A DNA stretch of 64,000 nt from Heterodontus francisci. Lineage: Eukaryota. Of this stretch, positions 36,520 through 49,964 are shown piece after piece. Below the pieces are notes generated by a model, which worked only from the letters and a program-made list of their open reading frames with translations, did not search any database and had not been told where the DNA came from. The position numbers and the translations under genes are program-made. The stretch spans positions 199,321,864 to 199,385,863 of the forward strand of contig NC_090375.1 in assembly GCF_036365525.1 (NCBI RefSeq), read 5' to 3'. Position 1 is the first letter of the stretch; each line of letters begins with the position of its first letter.

Positions 36520-38355
36520 TAGCATGATGTTACTGGACTCGTAATCCACAGGCCTGGCCATTGCGGCAGCTGATGAAATTTAAAGTCAGTTACATGAAAT
36601 ATAGAATAAAAGGCTAGTCTCAGTAATGGTGACCATGCAACTACCGGATTGTCTTAAGCCCCCATCTCATTCACTCATGTCTTGGTCTGGCCTATAAGTG
36701 GCTCCAGACCCACAACAATGTGATTGTCTCTTAACTGTCCTCTATGGAACCACTATGGAAAATCAAATAGAAATAGAACAGGATGAACCACCTGGCATCG
36801 ACCTAGACATCAGATATGACAAAGGCACATCCTGTAAAGTCTTATTCACTAGCATCTGGGGACTTGTGCCAAAAGTGGGAGAGCTGTACTACAGACCAAC
36901 AGCCTGACATAGTCATACTCACAGAATCATACATCTCAGCCAATGTCCCAGACTCCACCATCACCATCCCTGGGTATGTCCTGACCCACCGGCAGGACAG
37001 TCCCATCAGAGGTGATGGCAATGTGGTATACAGTTTGGAGGAAGTGCCCCTGGGAGTCCTCAACATTGACTCTGGTCCTTGTGAATCTCGTCAATCAGTG
37101 GTAAGGAAACCTCCTGTTGATTACCACCACTGCCCTCCCTCAGCTGATGAATCAGTGTTTCTCCATGTTGAACGCATTTCAGAAAAGGCACTGAAGGTAG
37201 AAAGGGGACAGAATGTACTCTGGGTGGGCCACTTCAAAGTAAATCACTGAGTGGCTGGTTAGTACCACTACTGTCCTAGGTGGCTGAGTCCGGATGGGCA
37301 TACATGCCTGACTGGACCTGCAGCAGGAGTGAAACAATATGAGGCAAAATCTCCTTGACCAGGTCCTCACCAATCTACCTGTTGTTGATGCATCTTTCCT
37401 GACAGTATTGGTAGGAGTGACAATTGCACAGTCCTTGTGGAGACGAAGTTCTGTATTCACAGAGAGGACATCCTCTATTATGTTGCGTACCACAACCGCC
37501 ACGCTGAATTTGATAGATACAGATCGGATCTCGCAACTCAAACATTGATTATGGCCCAGAATATTCCTCACTTTATCACTACATTCAAGGCAAGGGACCA
37601 ACTTTGGTTCAATGAAGAGTGTAGGAGAGCATGCCAGGAGCAACACCAGGTATATCTAAAATGATGTCCCATGCTGGTGAAACTTCAAAACAGGACTACA
37701 AACATGCTGAACAGTGGAAGAAGATGCTATAATTAGAGTTAAGTGACTCCACAACCATAATATTAGAACAAAGCTCTGCAGTTCTGCCATATCCACTGGT
37801 GAACAGTGATGGACAGTTTAAGAACTAGCGAGAATTCCCCATAACATCCCCACTAACATTCCCATAATGAATTGTGGCAGAGGCTGGCCAGCACATCAGT
37901 GCAGAAGACAAGACTGAAACATTTGTTACCATCTTCAGCCAGAAGTGCCAAGTGGATGATCCATCTCGGCCTCCTCCTGCAGTCCCCAGCATCACAGATG
38001 CCTGTCTTCAGCCAAATCGATTCACTCTATGTGATATTACGAAATGGCTGAATGCGCTGGACACAGCAAAGCCAGCCCGGCCCTGAGAACATCCCGGCTG
38101 TCGTGCTGAGGACTTGTGCTCCAGAGCTAGCCATCCTCCAAGCCAAGCTACTCCAGTGCAGCTGCAACACTCTAATCAACTCGACAATGGGGAAAATTGC
38201 CCAGGTAAGTCCCGTGCTCAAAAAGCAGGACAAATACAATGCAGCCAATTACTGCTCCATCAATCTACTCTCAATCATCAGCAAAGTGTTGGAATGTGTT
38301 GTCAACTGTGCTGTCATGGAACACTTGCTCAGGAATCATCTGCTGAGAACCGATA
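36520..38355 (+). mobile_element. Degenerate L2/CR1-group LINE (paralog of 9590-11775)
   Basis: APE motifs PDIVILTES and WVGHF; WFNEEC; INLLSIISKV. Confidence 0.75.
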
Positions 38356-38889
38356 AAATGTCATGACCTGAAATGTTAACTCTGTTTCTCTCTCCACAGA
38401 TGCTGCCTGACCTGCTGTGTATTTCCAGCACTTTCTGTTTTTGTTGCATTGTGAGAGCTCCCCTGCTCTTCTTCGAAATAGTGCCGTGGGATCTTTTATG
38501 CACACCTAAGAGCGCATCTCATCCAAAAGACAGCACCTCTGAGAGTGCAGCACTCCCTCAGTACTGCACTGCGGTGTCAGTCTGGATTTTTGTGCTTTGG
38601 ACCTGACGTGAGACTTAAAACCACAACCTTCTGATTCGTACACAAACGTGCTTCCAGCTGAGCCATGACTGACACAGTCCCCATGACTCCAGCGACTTAC
38701 GGACAATGGTGCAGGCTCCAGAAACATGAAGGATGGTACTGTAGGACCGCCAATGTCCTCTGACTCCCTGCACATTAGCAGATAACCTTAAATCCCCAGT
38801 TTGATTAACATTTAATCCTTTATGCTGCAATAAAATATCTGCCCAGTTTTTCTGTAGGATTCCGCTGATTCCTCAACCACCATCCCTGC

Positions 38890-39095
38890 CATCTCCTACA
38901 ACCCTCCCTATCTCTTTAACTTCCTGCAGCCCTACAATTCTCCCTATCACTGTAACCTCCTCGAGCCCATTAAGCCTCCTTATCTCTTTTACCTCTTCAA
39001 CCGCCGACACCCCTCGCTATCACTGTAATCTCCTCTAGCCCCGACAACCCTCCCTTTCTCTATGGATTCCTCCAGCTTTGATATCCTCTGAGATC
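38890..39095 (+). repeat. Degenerate minisatellite (about 36-bp unit, about 5 copies) in an L2-like 3' remnant
   Basis: Repeating ctacaaccctccctatctctgtaacctcctccagcc-like unit. Confidence 0.6.
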
Positions 39096-39743
39096 TCTGC
39101 TCTCCTCGATTCCTGGCCTCATGTGCGTCCTGATTTTTATCATTCCACCACTGAAGGCCGTGCCTTCAACCGTCTGGGCCTTAGGGTCTGTTGCTCCCTC
39201 CATAACCCTCCCACTTTTCCACCTCTCTCTCCTCCTTTAAAACTGCCTTCATAACCTGCCCCAGTGAGCAAGCTTTGGGCCAAGGAGAATCATAGAGCGT
39301 TGACGGAACAGAAAGAGGCCACTTGGCCTATCGTGTCTCTGCTAGCTGAAATACGTTTCACCCATTGCAATCCCACCTTCTAGCATTTGGTCTGCAGCCC
39401 AACAGATTATGGCACGCTGACCTAATATCTGGTATTGTCAAATTTAGTCTGTTAATGATCCTATGAAGTGTCTGAGGATGTTTTATTATATTAAATGTGC
39501 TATTTCATTAGACGTTGTTGATACTGTTGTTCAATTTATATTGTATGGACCCGATCAAAGATCCTAATTTAAGTAAATAGCTACAAGCAGCAGCTTCCAA
39601 GAAAAAATCCATGGAATGTCGCTTTCTCCCTGAAAAATGCGCCCCTGTATTAATCCAAGAAGAACACGAATCAGTCAACCCTGGTTTCCATGGTTATTTG
39701 ATGAGCTGCGTCTGTTTTCAGCCTGTAAGCTGCTGGCCAACGT

Positions 39744-39780
39744 AATTCTGATGAAAGGCCATCCACCTGAAACGTTAACT
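39744..39780 (+). ncRNA. Minimal hammerhead ribozyme motif in a Penelope repeat fragment
   Basis: CTGATGA-aagg..cct-GAAA-CGTT-aact; catalytic core intact, stems imperfect. Confidence 0.5.
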
Positions 39781-42700
39781 CTGTTTCTTTCTCCACAGAT
39801 ACTGCCTGGCCTGCTGAGTATTTCCAGCATTTGCTGTTTACATTTCAGATTTCCAGTAAATTTGGTGCGGGGCTTCTCAGCAGCTGGGACTATTTACCAG
39901 GTAGAGTGTGCATCAGGAAAGTGCTGTTAATTGAGGTCAATCAACAACAAAAACAATGCACCTGAACACCGCAGTTAATGTAGGAAAATGTATCTAGGCT
40001 CTTCACAGGACCATATTCTGGCAAAAATGGACAAAAGAAGATACTACATAAAGTGCAAAAAGTCTGACTGAAGGTTTTCTTAAAGGAGAAGACTGCTGGA
40101 GTGGTGGAGGGCTCTGGGCGGTAATTTTAGAGCATTTGACCCAGATGGCTGAAGGCACAGCCGTCAATGGTGAGGCAAAGAAAGAAGGATCTGGAATATT
40201 CACCCCTGGCTAAAACTTCTGCCTTTATGTACCGTGTGGTTTGAAATTCGTGCTTTCAAAATTGGCGGTGGTATATAACCGCAGCAATATCAGTCATAAT
40301 AATAAAAACAAGAAATGCTGGAAATACTCAGCAGGTCTGGCAGCATCTGTGGAGAGAGAAGCAGAGTTAACATTTCAGGTCAGTGACACTTCTTCGGAAC
40401 TGGCAAATATTAGAAATCTCAAAGGTTATAAACAGGTAAAGTTGGGGTGGGGCAAGAGATAACAAAGGAGAAGGTGTAGATAGGACAAGACCGCAGAATA
40501 GCTGACCAGAAGGTCATGGAGCAAAGGCAAACAATATGTTAATGGTGTGTTGAAAGACAAAGCATTAGTACACATAGGGTGTTAACGGACTGAAAATTGA
40601 ACAGCAGCAAGTACAAACATGAAAAAAACAGTGGGTAAGCAGTGGGTCTCAGTTTTATCCCCTCACGTCCCCACCTCAATGAATTTCACGTGCGTCACAA
40701 CGTTGAGCTCTTCTTCCATCACCTCTGCCTCCGGGCTCACTTCTTTGACCAGGAGTCCTCCCCCAACCAGCAGACCCATTCACCCACCTCCAGCATTCTC
40801 CCTCTACCTGGACCCCTCCCTCTGGCCTCTTACCCACTCTTGATCTTTTCATTGAAAACTGTCAGCGAGACATTGGTCATCTCAATTTCTCTGCCCCCCT
40901 CACTCACTCTAACCTGTCCCCCTCGGAACATGAGGTACTCTGTTCTCTCAGGTTCAACCCCGACATGGTCATCAAACCTGCAGACAAGGGTGGTGCTGTT
41001 GTTGTATGGCGTACTGACCTCTACCTAGCAGAGGCTCAGCACCAACTCACAGACACTTCTTCCTACCTCCCTCTGGACCATCACCCCACCACCGAACATC
41101 AAACTACTGTCCACAGAACTGTCACTGACCTCATCTGCTCTGGAGATCTTCCCTCTACAGCTTCCAACCTCATAGTCCCGCAACCCCAGACAGCCCGCTT
41201 CTACCTCCTTCCCAAAATCCACAAACGGGACTGTCCCGGCTGACCCATTGTTTCAGCCTGTTCCTGCCCCACTGAACTTATTTCTTCCTATCTTGACTCT
41301 TTCTGTTCTCCACTGGCCCAGTCTCTTCCGAACTACATCCGGGACTCTTCTGAAGCCCTACGTCATTTTGACAATTTCCAGTTTCCTGGCCCCAACCGCC
41401 TCCTCTTCACTATGGATGTCCAATCTCTCTACACCTCCATCCCCCACCAGGATGGTTTGAGGGCTGTCCGCTTCTTTCTTGAACAGAGGCCCAACCAGTC
41501 CCCATTCACCACCACCCTCCTCTGCCTGGTTGAACTTGCTCTCACATTGAACAACTTCTCCTTCAACTCCACTCACTTCCTTCAAGTTAAAGGTGTTGCT
41601 CTGGCTACCCACAAGGGTCCTAGTTATGCCTGTCTTTTTGTGGGATATGTCGAGCATTCTTTGTTCCAGTCCTACTCAGGCCCACTTCCCAAACTCTTTT
41701 TCTGATACATTGATGCCTGTATCAGTGCCGTTTCCGGCTCCCGCCCCAAACTGAAAAACTTTATCAACTTTGCTTCCAATTTCTACCATTCTCTCTCCTT
41801 TACATGGTCCATCTCTGACACTTCCCTTCCCTTTCTCAACTTCTCTGTCTCCATCTTTGGGTATGGGCTGTCTACTAATATCCATTAGAAGCTCACCAAC
41901 TCCCACAGCTACCTCGACTACACTTCTTTGCACCCTGCCTCCTGTAAGGATGCCATTCCATTCACCAAGTTTCTCCGTCTCCGTCGCATCTGCTCTGATG
42001 ATGCTACCTTCCACGACAGCGCTTCTGATATGTCTTCTTTTTTCCTCAACCAAGGATTTCCCCGCCCCCCCCCCCCCCCCACTGTCGTTGACAGGGCCCT
42101 CAACCGTGTCCGGCCCATTTCCCGTACCTCTACCCTCACCCCTTCCCCTCCCTCCCAGAACCGTTGCAGGGGTCCCCTTGTCCTCACCTTCCACCCCATC
42201 TGCCTCCATATCCAAAGGATCATCCTCCACCATTTCCACCACCTCCAGCATGATGCCACTGCCAAACGCATCTTCCCCTCCCTTTGGAATGTCAGAATTC
42301 CGAAGGGATCGTTCCCTCTGTGACACCTTGGTCCACTTCTCCATTACCCCTACCACCTCGTTCACTTCCCATGGCACCTTCCCCTGAAATCGCAGGAGGT
42401 GTAATACCTGATCATTTACCTCCTCTCTCCTCACTTTCCCAGGCCCCAAACACTCCTTTCAGGTGAAGCAGCGATTTACTTGTTGTACACTGTATTCGCT
42501 GCTCACAATGTGGTCTCCTCTACATTGGGGAGAGCAAATGCAGACTGAGTGACTGCTTTGAGGAACACCTCTGCTCAGTCCACAAGCAGGACCCTGAGCT
42601 TCCGGTTGCTTGCCATTTCAGCACTCCCCCCTGCTTTCATGCTCACATCTTTATCCTGGGCTTGCTGCAGTGTTCCAGTGAACATCAACGAGGAAGAGCA

Positions 42701-42941
42701 TCTTATTTACCGATTAGGCACACTACAGCCTGCCGGACTAAACATTGAGTTCAATAATTTCAGAGCATGACGGGCCCCCCATTTTTCTTTTATTTTTAGT
42801 TATTTTTTCTTGTTCTACAATTTTTTCTTTTTTTTTGTATGTTTATTTTATTTCATCTTAGTTTGTTCAGTTTGCTTACCCACTGTTATTTTCATGTTTG
42901 TACTTGCTGCTGTTCAATTTTCAGTCCGTTAACACCCTATC

Positions 42942-45337
42942 AAACAACCTAAAGGACATAGCTGCTAGACTGGGTCTGCAGCAGGTGGTGCGGGAACCAA
43001 CACAAGGGAAAACATACTTGACATCATCCTCACCAATCTGCTTGTTGCAGATGCGTCTGTCCATGACTGTATCGATAGGAGTGACCACCGCACAGTCCTT
43101 GTGGAGACGAAGTCCCACCTTCACATTGAGGACATCATCCATCGTGTTGTGTTCCACAATCACTGTGCTAAATGGGATAGATTTAGAACAGATCCAGCAA
43201 TGCAAAACTGGGCATCCATGAGGCGCTGTGGGCCATCAGCAGCAGCAGAACTGTACTCAACCACAATCCTTAACCTCATGGCCCGGCATATCCCCCACTC
43301 TGCCATTACCATCAAGCCAGGACACCAACCCTGGTTCAATGAAGAGTGCAGGAGGGCATGCCAGGATCAGCACCAGGCATACCTCAAAATGAGGTGTCAA
43401 CCTGGTGAAGCTACAACACAGGACTATCTGCATGCCTAACTGCATAAGCAGCATGCGATAGAGAGGGCTAAGCCATCCCACAACCAACAGATCAGATCTA
43501 AGCTCTGCATTCCTGCCACATCCAGCCGTGAATGGTGGTGGGCAATTAAATAACTAACTGGAGGAGGTGACTCCACAAATATCCCCATCCTCAAAGATGG
43601 GGAGCCCAGCACATCAGTGCGAAAGATAAGGCTGAAGCATTTGCAACAATCTTCAGCCAGAAGTGCCGAGTTGATAATCCATCTCGGCCTCCTCCTGAAG
43701 TCCCCAGCATCACAGATGCCAGACTTCAGCCAATTCAATTCACAATACGTGATATAAAGAAACGACTGAATGCATTGGATACTGCAAAAGCTATGGACCC
43801 TGACAATATACCGGCAATACTACTGAAGACCTGTGCTCCAGATCCTTGCCATGCCCCTAGCCAAGCTGTTTCAGTACAGCTACAACACTGGCATCTACCC
43901 TGCAATGTGGAGAAATGCCTAGGTATGTCCTGTACACAAAAAGCAGGACAAATCCAACCAGGCCAATTACCGCCCCATCAGCCTACTCTCAATCATCAGT
44001 AAAGTGATGGAATGTGTCATCAACAGTGCCATCAAGCAGCACTTGCTTAGCAATAACCTGCTCAGTGACGCTCAGTTTGGGTTCCGCCAGGGCCACTCAG
44101 CTCCTGACCTCATTACAGCCTTGGTTCAAACATGGACAAAAGAGTTGAACTCGAGAGGTGAGGTGAAAGTGACTGCCCTTGGCGTCAAGGTAGTATTTGA
44201 CAACGTATGGCATCAAGGAGCCCTAGCAAAACTGAGGTCAATGGGAATCAGGCGGAAAACCCTCCGCTGGCTGGAGTCATACTTAGTGCAAAGGAATATG
44301 GTTGTGGTTGTTGCAGGTCAATCATCTCAGCTCCAGGACATCACTGCAGGATTTCCTCAGGGTAGTGTCCTCGGCCCAACCATCTTCAGCTGCTTCATCA
44401 ATGACCTTCCTTCAATCATAAGGTCAGTAGCGGGGATGTTCGCTGATGATTGCACAATGTTCAACACCATTCGTGACTCCTCAGATACTGAAGCAGTCCG
44501 TGTAGAAATGCAGCAAGACCTGGACAATATTCAAGCTTGGGCTGAAAAGTGGCAAGTATCATTTGCGCCACACAAGTGCCAGGCAATGACCATCCCCAAC
44601 AAGAGAGAATCTAACCATCTCCCCTTGACATTCAATGGCATTACCATCGCTGAATGCTCCACTATCAGCATCCTCGGGCTACCATTAACCAGAAACTGAA
44701 CTGGAGTAGCCATATAAATACCATGGCTACAAGAGCAGGTCAGAGGCTAGGAATTCTGAGGCGAGCAACTCACCTCCTGACTCCCCAAAGCATGTCCACC
44801 ATCTACAAGGCACAAGTCAGGAGTGTGATGGAATACTCTCCACTTGCCTGGATGGGTGCAGCTCCAACAACACTCAAGAAGTTTGACACCATCCAGGACA
44901 AAGCAGCCCACTTGATTGGCACCCCATCCACAAACATTCCCTCCTCCCACCACCGACGGAAAGTGGCAGCAATGTGGACCATCTACAAGATGCACTGCAG
45001 CAATGCAGCAAGGCTCTTTATACAGCACCTTCCAAACCCGTGACCTCTATCAACTAGAAGGAGAAGAGCAGCAAATACATGGGAACACCATCACCTGCAA
45101 GTTCCCCTCCAAGTCACACACCATCCTGACTTGGATCTATATCGCCGTTCCTTCACTGTTGCTGGGTCAAAATCCTGGAACTCCCTTCCGATCAACACTG
45201 TGGGTATACCTACCCCAAATGGACTGCACCGGTTTCAGAAGGCAGCTCACCATTACCTTCTCAAGGGCAATTAGGAATGGGAAATAAATGCTGGCCTGGC
45301 CAGTGACGCCCACATCCCATGAATGTATAAGAAAAAA
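42942..45337 (+). mobile_element. L2/CR1-group LINE (5'-truncated ORF2) nested in the Penelope 3' repeat
   Basis: ORF 44004..44699 (QFGFR, PQGSVLGP, FADD); A-rich 3' end; splits the Penelope repeat at ccctatc|tgtact. Confidence 0.88.
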
Positions 45338-45511
45338 ATCTGTACTAATGCTTTGTCTTTCAACACATCATTAACATATTGTTTGCCTTTGCTCCATGAC
45401 CTTCTAGTCAGCTATGCTGTGGCCTTATCCTATCTACACCTTCTCCTTTGTTATCTCTTGCCCCATCCCCGCTTTACTTGCTTATAACCTTTGACATTTC
45501 TAATATTTGCC

Positions 45512-45548
45512 AGTTCCGAAGAAGGGTCACTGACCTGAAACGTTAACT
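45512..45548 (+). ncRNA. Minimal hammerhead ribozyme motif (CCGAAGA core variant) in the Penelope 3' repeat; inverted copy at 40365-40401
   Basis: AGTT-CCGAAGA-AGGGTCactGACCT-GAAA-CG-TT-AACT; stem I AGUU/AACU, stem II, palindromic AACGUU helix III. Confidence 0.55.
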
Positions 45549-46187
45549 CTGCTTCTCTCTCCACAGATGCTGCCAGACCTGCTGAGTATTTCCAGCATTT
45601 CTTGTTTTTCCAGCATCCACAGTATTTTGCTTTTAGAACAATATCAGTCAGTTTTGGTAGACACTTTGCAGCCAGGAAATTCCTTCCAGCGCTTTTCTGT
45701 CACAGTTTAACAGTGAGCAGGAGAACAAAGCGAATGTCAGATTGCACTGGGATGGAGCTCCTGACCCATCAATATTTCAGCCGACAAGCCCAAACTCAGC
45801 TACCTGAGAATCTTGATGACACGGTCACAGAGATTATTGGCTTTCTTGAATCATTGCTGTGTGTGTGTTGAAGGTACCCCCTCAGTGCTGTTACGCAGAG
45901 AGTTCCAGGATTTTGAATCAGTGATGTTGAAGGAATATTCAAGTCCAATCGTCGTGGCTTAGAGGTGATGCTGTTCCCATGCATTTGCTGCCCCTGTCCT
46001 TCAAGGTGGAAGTCGCTGGTTTGGGATTTCCTGTCGTGTTGGTCATCTTGTATCACAATGTTAAATATTATGTGAGGGCAAGAACGAATCAAGCTTTGCT
46101 GTTGTCATGCTGTTAAAAAATGGTTGTGCAATTCAATGGAGATTTCATTTTACATAATAACTAATAAATACTGACATTAGAAGTCTG

Positions 46188-46285
46188 GAACACAGACAAG
46201 AAATGCTGGAAATATTCAGCAGGTCTGGCAGCATCTGTGGAGGGAGAAGCACATTTCAGGTCCGTGACCCTTCCACACAATAATG
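46188..46285 (-). mobile_element. 98-bp Penelope terminal-repeat insertion upstream of V-E2
   Basis: TSD GAAGTCTG at 46180-46187 and 46286-46293; absent at the paralogous site near 13578. Confidence 0.75.
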
Positions 46286-46450
46286 GAAGTCTGACTGAAA
46301 GGCGTGACTAGTGTCAAATGCTACATGTATACCAGGAGAGAACAGTATGAACAGGAAGTCGAGTCACACGCGGAATGTTGTGTTAGAGTCATTGCCCTAT
46401 AGATTTTATCTAGATGTTAATACAAGTGCCTCACACCTCAAACAGGCAAC

Positions 46451-46875
46451 ATGTTGCTGTGTTGGGTTGTTTTCGTGATATTTTTTGCACGTAAATGGAT
46501 TTATTCTTTAACTGCGTTTTATTTGTTTTATTCAGACTGTAAAATTATCTGTAATTTGGTGTTTCTTTCCCCACAGATGGATGTTTTGCTCAGGATTTGA
46601 AACAGAAACAACTGTCAATCACCATGCGAACGCGGAGAATTCGTACAATTACGTGTGAGCTGGGTGAATCAGTCAGTGCTTCCGTTATCCATTGGTACAA
46701 ACAGGCAGCGGGACAGCAGCCCGTTCGGATTCTCTACTACGATGGGAACGTTCGTCGGGATGACGGATTCGAGAAAAGGTTTTCAGCAAGAAAGACTGCA
46801 GACAAACAATATGTTCTGCTTATTGACGGTGTAAAGGCAGAAGATGCCGCCACCTATTACTGTGCCTATTGGAAA
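46451..46875 (+). CDS. TRGV: TCR gamma-like V segment E2, apparently functional (leader 46451-46490, V exon 46577-46875)
   Basis: Leader MLLCWVVFVIFFA; QDLKQKQLSITMRTRRIRTITC...IHWY...YYCAYWK; open frame. Confidence 0.9.
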
Positions 46876-46914
46876 CACAGAGTTAAACAGAAATTCAATC
46901 CGCTTACAAAAACC
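46876..46914 (+). other. 23-RSS of V-E2
   Basis: CACAGAG + 23 nt + ACAAAAACC. Confidence 0.88.
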
Positions 46915-49544
46915 TTCAACACTGCAATTCAAACATCACCAAAACAACATCCGATTCAACTAAAAACTGCCGAAATCTTCCTCCTTCAGTTAAAGGTTTA
47001 CTCTCTCACATATCGTAAAAATTACACAAAGTAAAGAGCTACCCTCACCGAGTTGTCCATTCCTTTACCTTTAGATCCGACATGGAACATCACAGGAGAA
47101 GAGGACACAGACAGTGAAATCGGGTGAAATATCCTGTTGATTCTCTCCACAGACGGTAGCCAGGCGGTGCCCAGCACGACACTGACCCTGTCTGAGTCTT
47201 GCTCACCCATCACCCCATTGTTTTCCAGCCGCAATTGGTTCTCTGGCCCCAAACAATCGAACTGGAAATCTTGATCCTCACTTCCAAAGCCTCCTCTACC
47301 CTACCTCTGCAACTTTCCCCACTTTACATCCCGGGCCCTGTCATTTGGTCATCCTATTCTGGCCTCTTGTCCCTCTCTGCTCCATCACCAATCAGCCTCG
47401 AAAGTCTACACGTTGGGATTCTTTTGCTAAACTCCTCCCTTCCTACTTTTCTCTCCAGCCTTAGAGGTCTCCCCAGAAACTATCTCTTTGACTTTTTAAA
47501 AGTAAAGCCTAACTTCCTCACTTTTCAGCAGTCTCTGTTCACTCATCCACTCCTATTTAACTGTCATATCTCTTTTATTAGCACCTTGATTTTTTTTTAA
47601 TTAAAGGTAAATGAATAGGAACATAGGAACATGAGGAGACCATTCAGCCCATGAGTTTGCTCCACCATTCAATTAGATCTGTCTGTTCTATATTTCAGCT
47701 CCATTTACCTGGCCTTGCTCCATATCCGTTGATATGCTTACCCCCCAAAAAATCTATCAACCGTGACCCATAACATTTCAATTGTGCTCCAGCATTCACA
47801 GCCTATTGGGCGGAGAGAGTTCCAGATTTCCACAACCATTTGTGTGAAGAAATGCTTCCTGACATCACCCCTGAACGGACTAGCACTAATTTTAAGTTAC
47901 ACCCTTGTTCAGGACTCCCCCACAAAAATAAATATTTTCTCTGTCTCTATTGAATCCTTTCCTCATTTAAAAATATTGATTACAACACTCCTCAATCATC
48001 TATACTCAAGAGAATACATGCCAAGGTTATACAATCTGTCCTCATAATTTAACTCATCATTCTGGTAAATGTGCACTGCAACCCTCCCAATTCTAGGTAT
48101 TCATCCTGAGGTACAGTGTGCAAAACTGAATGCAATACTCCAGGTGGGGTCTGATCAAGGTTGTGTACAACTGAAGCACAACATTCTCACTGTTGTATTC
48201 TGTTTCTTTCACAGCTGTGGCTCAGTGGCAACACTATCACCTTCGAGTTGGGAGGTTATGAGCTTAAGTCCCTTTCCAGACACTTGAGCGTATAATGTAA
48301 GCTGACATTCTAGTGTAGTACTGAAGGAGTGCTGCAGTATTGAGGTAGCATCTTTCATATGAAGCTAAGGCCCATCTGCCCTATCAGGATAATATAAAAT
48401 GCTCCAAGGCACTATTTTGAAGAGCAGAGGAGTTCTCCCTGGTATCCTGACTAATATTCATCCCTGAACCAAAATCATTATCTGGATTATCCCAATGCTG
48501 TTTGTGAGGCCATGTTGGCTGCCGTGTCTTTTTTATTTACATTACCACAGTGGCTACACTTCAGAAGTCTTTCTTTCTTCACTACAAAGGTCAATTTTGA
48601 GTATCCTTCTTGATTACACTTTGTTCCTGTTCCCTAGCTTTTACTCACATGAACACCAAGATTCCATTAGGCTTCCACAGTTCCTAGATTCTCACCATTA
48701 AGAAAATATTCTAGTTGCTCTTTCTCTGCTCTATCATGAATGACCTGATGGTTCCCCATATTGAACTCCATTTGCCACAGAGTTTCCCACTCACTTTATC
48801 TGTCTATTTGCATTTGTAATTTGCTGCTCTCATCTACACAACCTCCGTGTCATCAGAAAACTTGGATATACAGCTCCATATTCCTTTATCCACTAATATA
48901 TATGGTTTAAAAAATCTGAGGCCCCAGTGCAAATCCCTAGATAAACAACTGTTGTAAATTCCCCTCAATCAGAGTGCATTCGCGTGGGAGACTTGTTCCT
49001 GTTCTCAGTCTCCTAACTCCCAACAGATTACCAACCCATGTTACCTTGAGCTTTGATGTTTACTAATAATCTCATGCAACACCTTTTCAAATACCTCTTG
49101 GATGTCCATATAAACACCATACATAGACACGTCCCTGTCCACCACGTTAGAGATCTGCTCAAAAAGTCAAAGTAGAACAGTCAGATGTGACCTCGCCCTC
49201 ACAAATCCGTGCTGAATCTCTGTGCAGTGCAGTCACTCTGTCCCTGCAGACAGACTCCAGCAACCTTCTCACAATCCCTGACACTGGAGAGCTTTGTGGA
49301 GTTATGACCAACACTACTGTAATTTCCTAACCAACACTCCTCTAATTTCCTAACCCATTTTTTTGAAATACCCTGGGTGGAAGCCACTAGGTTTGGAGAT
49401 TTATTTGTCTTAATTTCCATTATTTCCTTGAAAACAATTTTTTGCCAAGCTCTTCACCTTGCCTCATTTTTGAGTTAGCTGGTACCCGTTCATTCATTTG
49501 TCTATTTTCTGCTCTTCCACTATGAAAATGGATATAAACAAGCC

Positions 49545-49960
49545 CTATATGCTGGTCTACTCAGCAACATATGTTCTAAGTATATACTATTGCCTGGTGA
49601 GTTAATAAAGGTGTTCCACATAAAGTCCAAATTGTATCCAAAGTCTGTTTCATGCAATTGATAATCAGTTTGGAGTCAGGACCTGAGAGGTAAGTGAGAC
49701 CCACATTTTAAGAGTCTCACAGCTGGTTTGTCACGAAATGCGTGGCAGTGAATTTGCCTCTAAAACAGAGGTGAATACAGATCAGCCTGGAGGGGGTGAA
49801 CAGGTATATGGGGCTAAAGAGTGGACACAGATGTCTACGTGTCAGCAAAGCTTGGAATCAACAGTTTGGCTGATGGCACATCAGCATCAGCATAGGAATT
49901 ACGAAGCCAAGACAGTAAAAGTTAGTCAGGAGCTTGATGAGAGAGATAAGAAACTAAACA
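49545..49960 (+). mobile_element. Remnant of the env-bearing LTR family (LTR 3' end + start of internal region)
   Basis: Matches 16680-17130 and 21550-22005 with internal deletions. Confidence 0.7.
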
Positions 49961-49964
49961 TTGA

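Larger units (their letters stand above)
40297..45638 (+). mobile_element. Penelope-like element (RT + GIY-YIG) with inverted 5' terminal repeat and 12-bp TSD
   Basis: RT motifs KPADKG, YLLPKIHK, MDVQSLYTSIP; GIY-YIG region CSQCGLLYIGES; 40300-40643 is inverted relative to the 3' repeat; TSD CAATATCAGTCA at 40285-40296 and 45639-45650; empty site at about 12895. Confidence 0.9.

Noticed and set aside
38890-39095. CRISPR-like or switch-like repeat array
   Set aside because: Degenerate head-to-tail units without unique spacers, inside a LINE remnant in eukaryotic DNA.
41676-42449. 257-aa minus-strand ORF
   Set aside because: Antisense to the C-rich Penelope RT region; compositional artefact.
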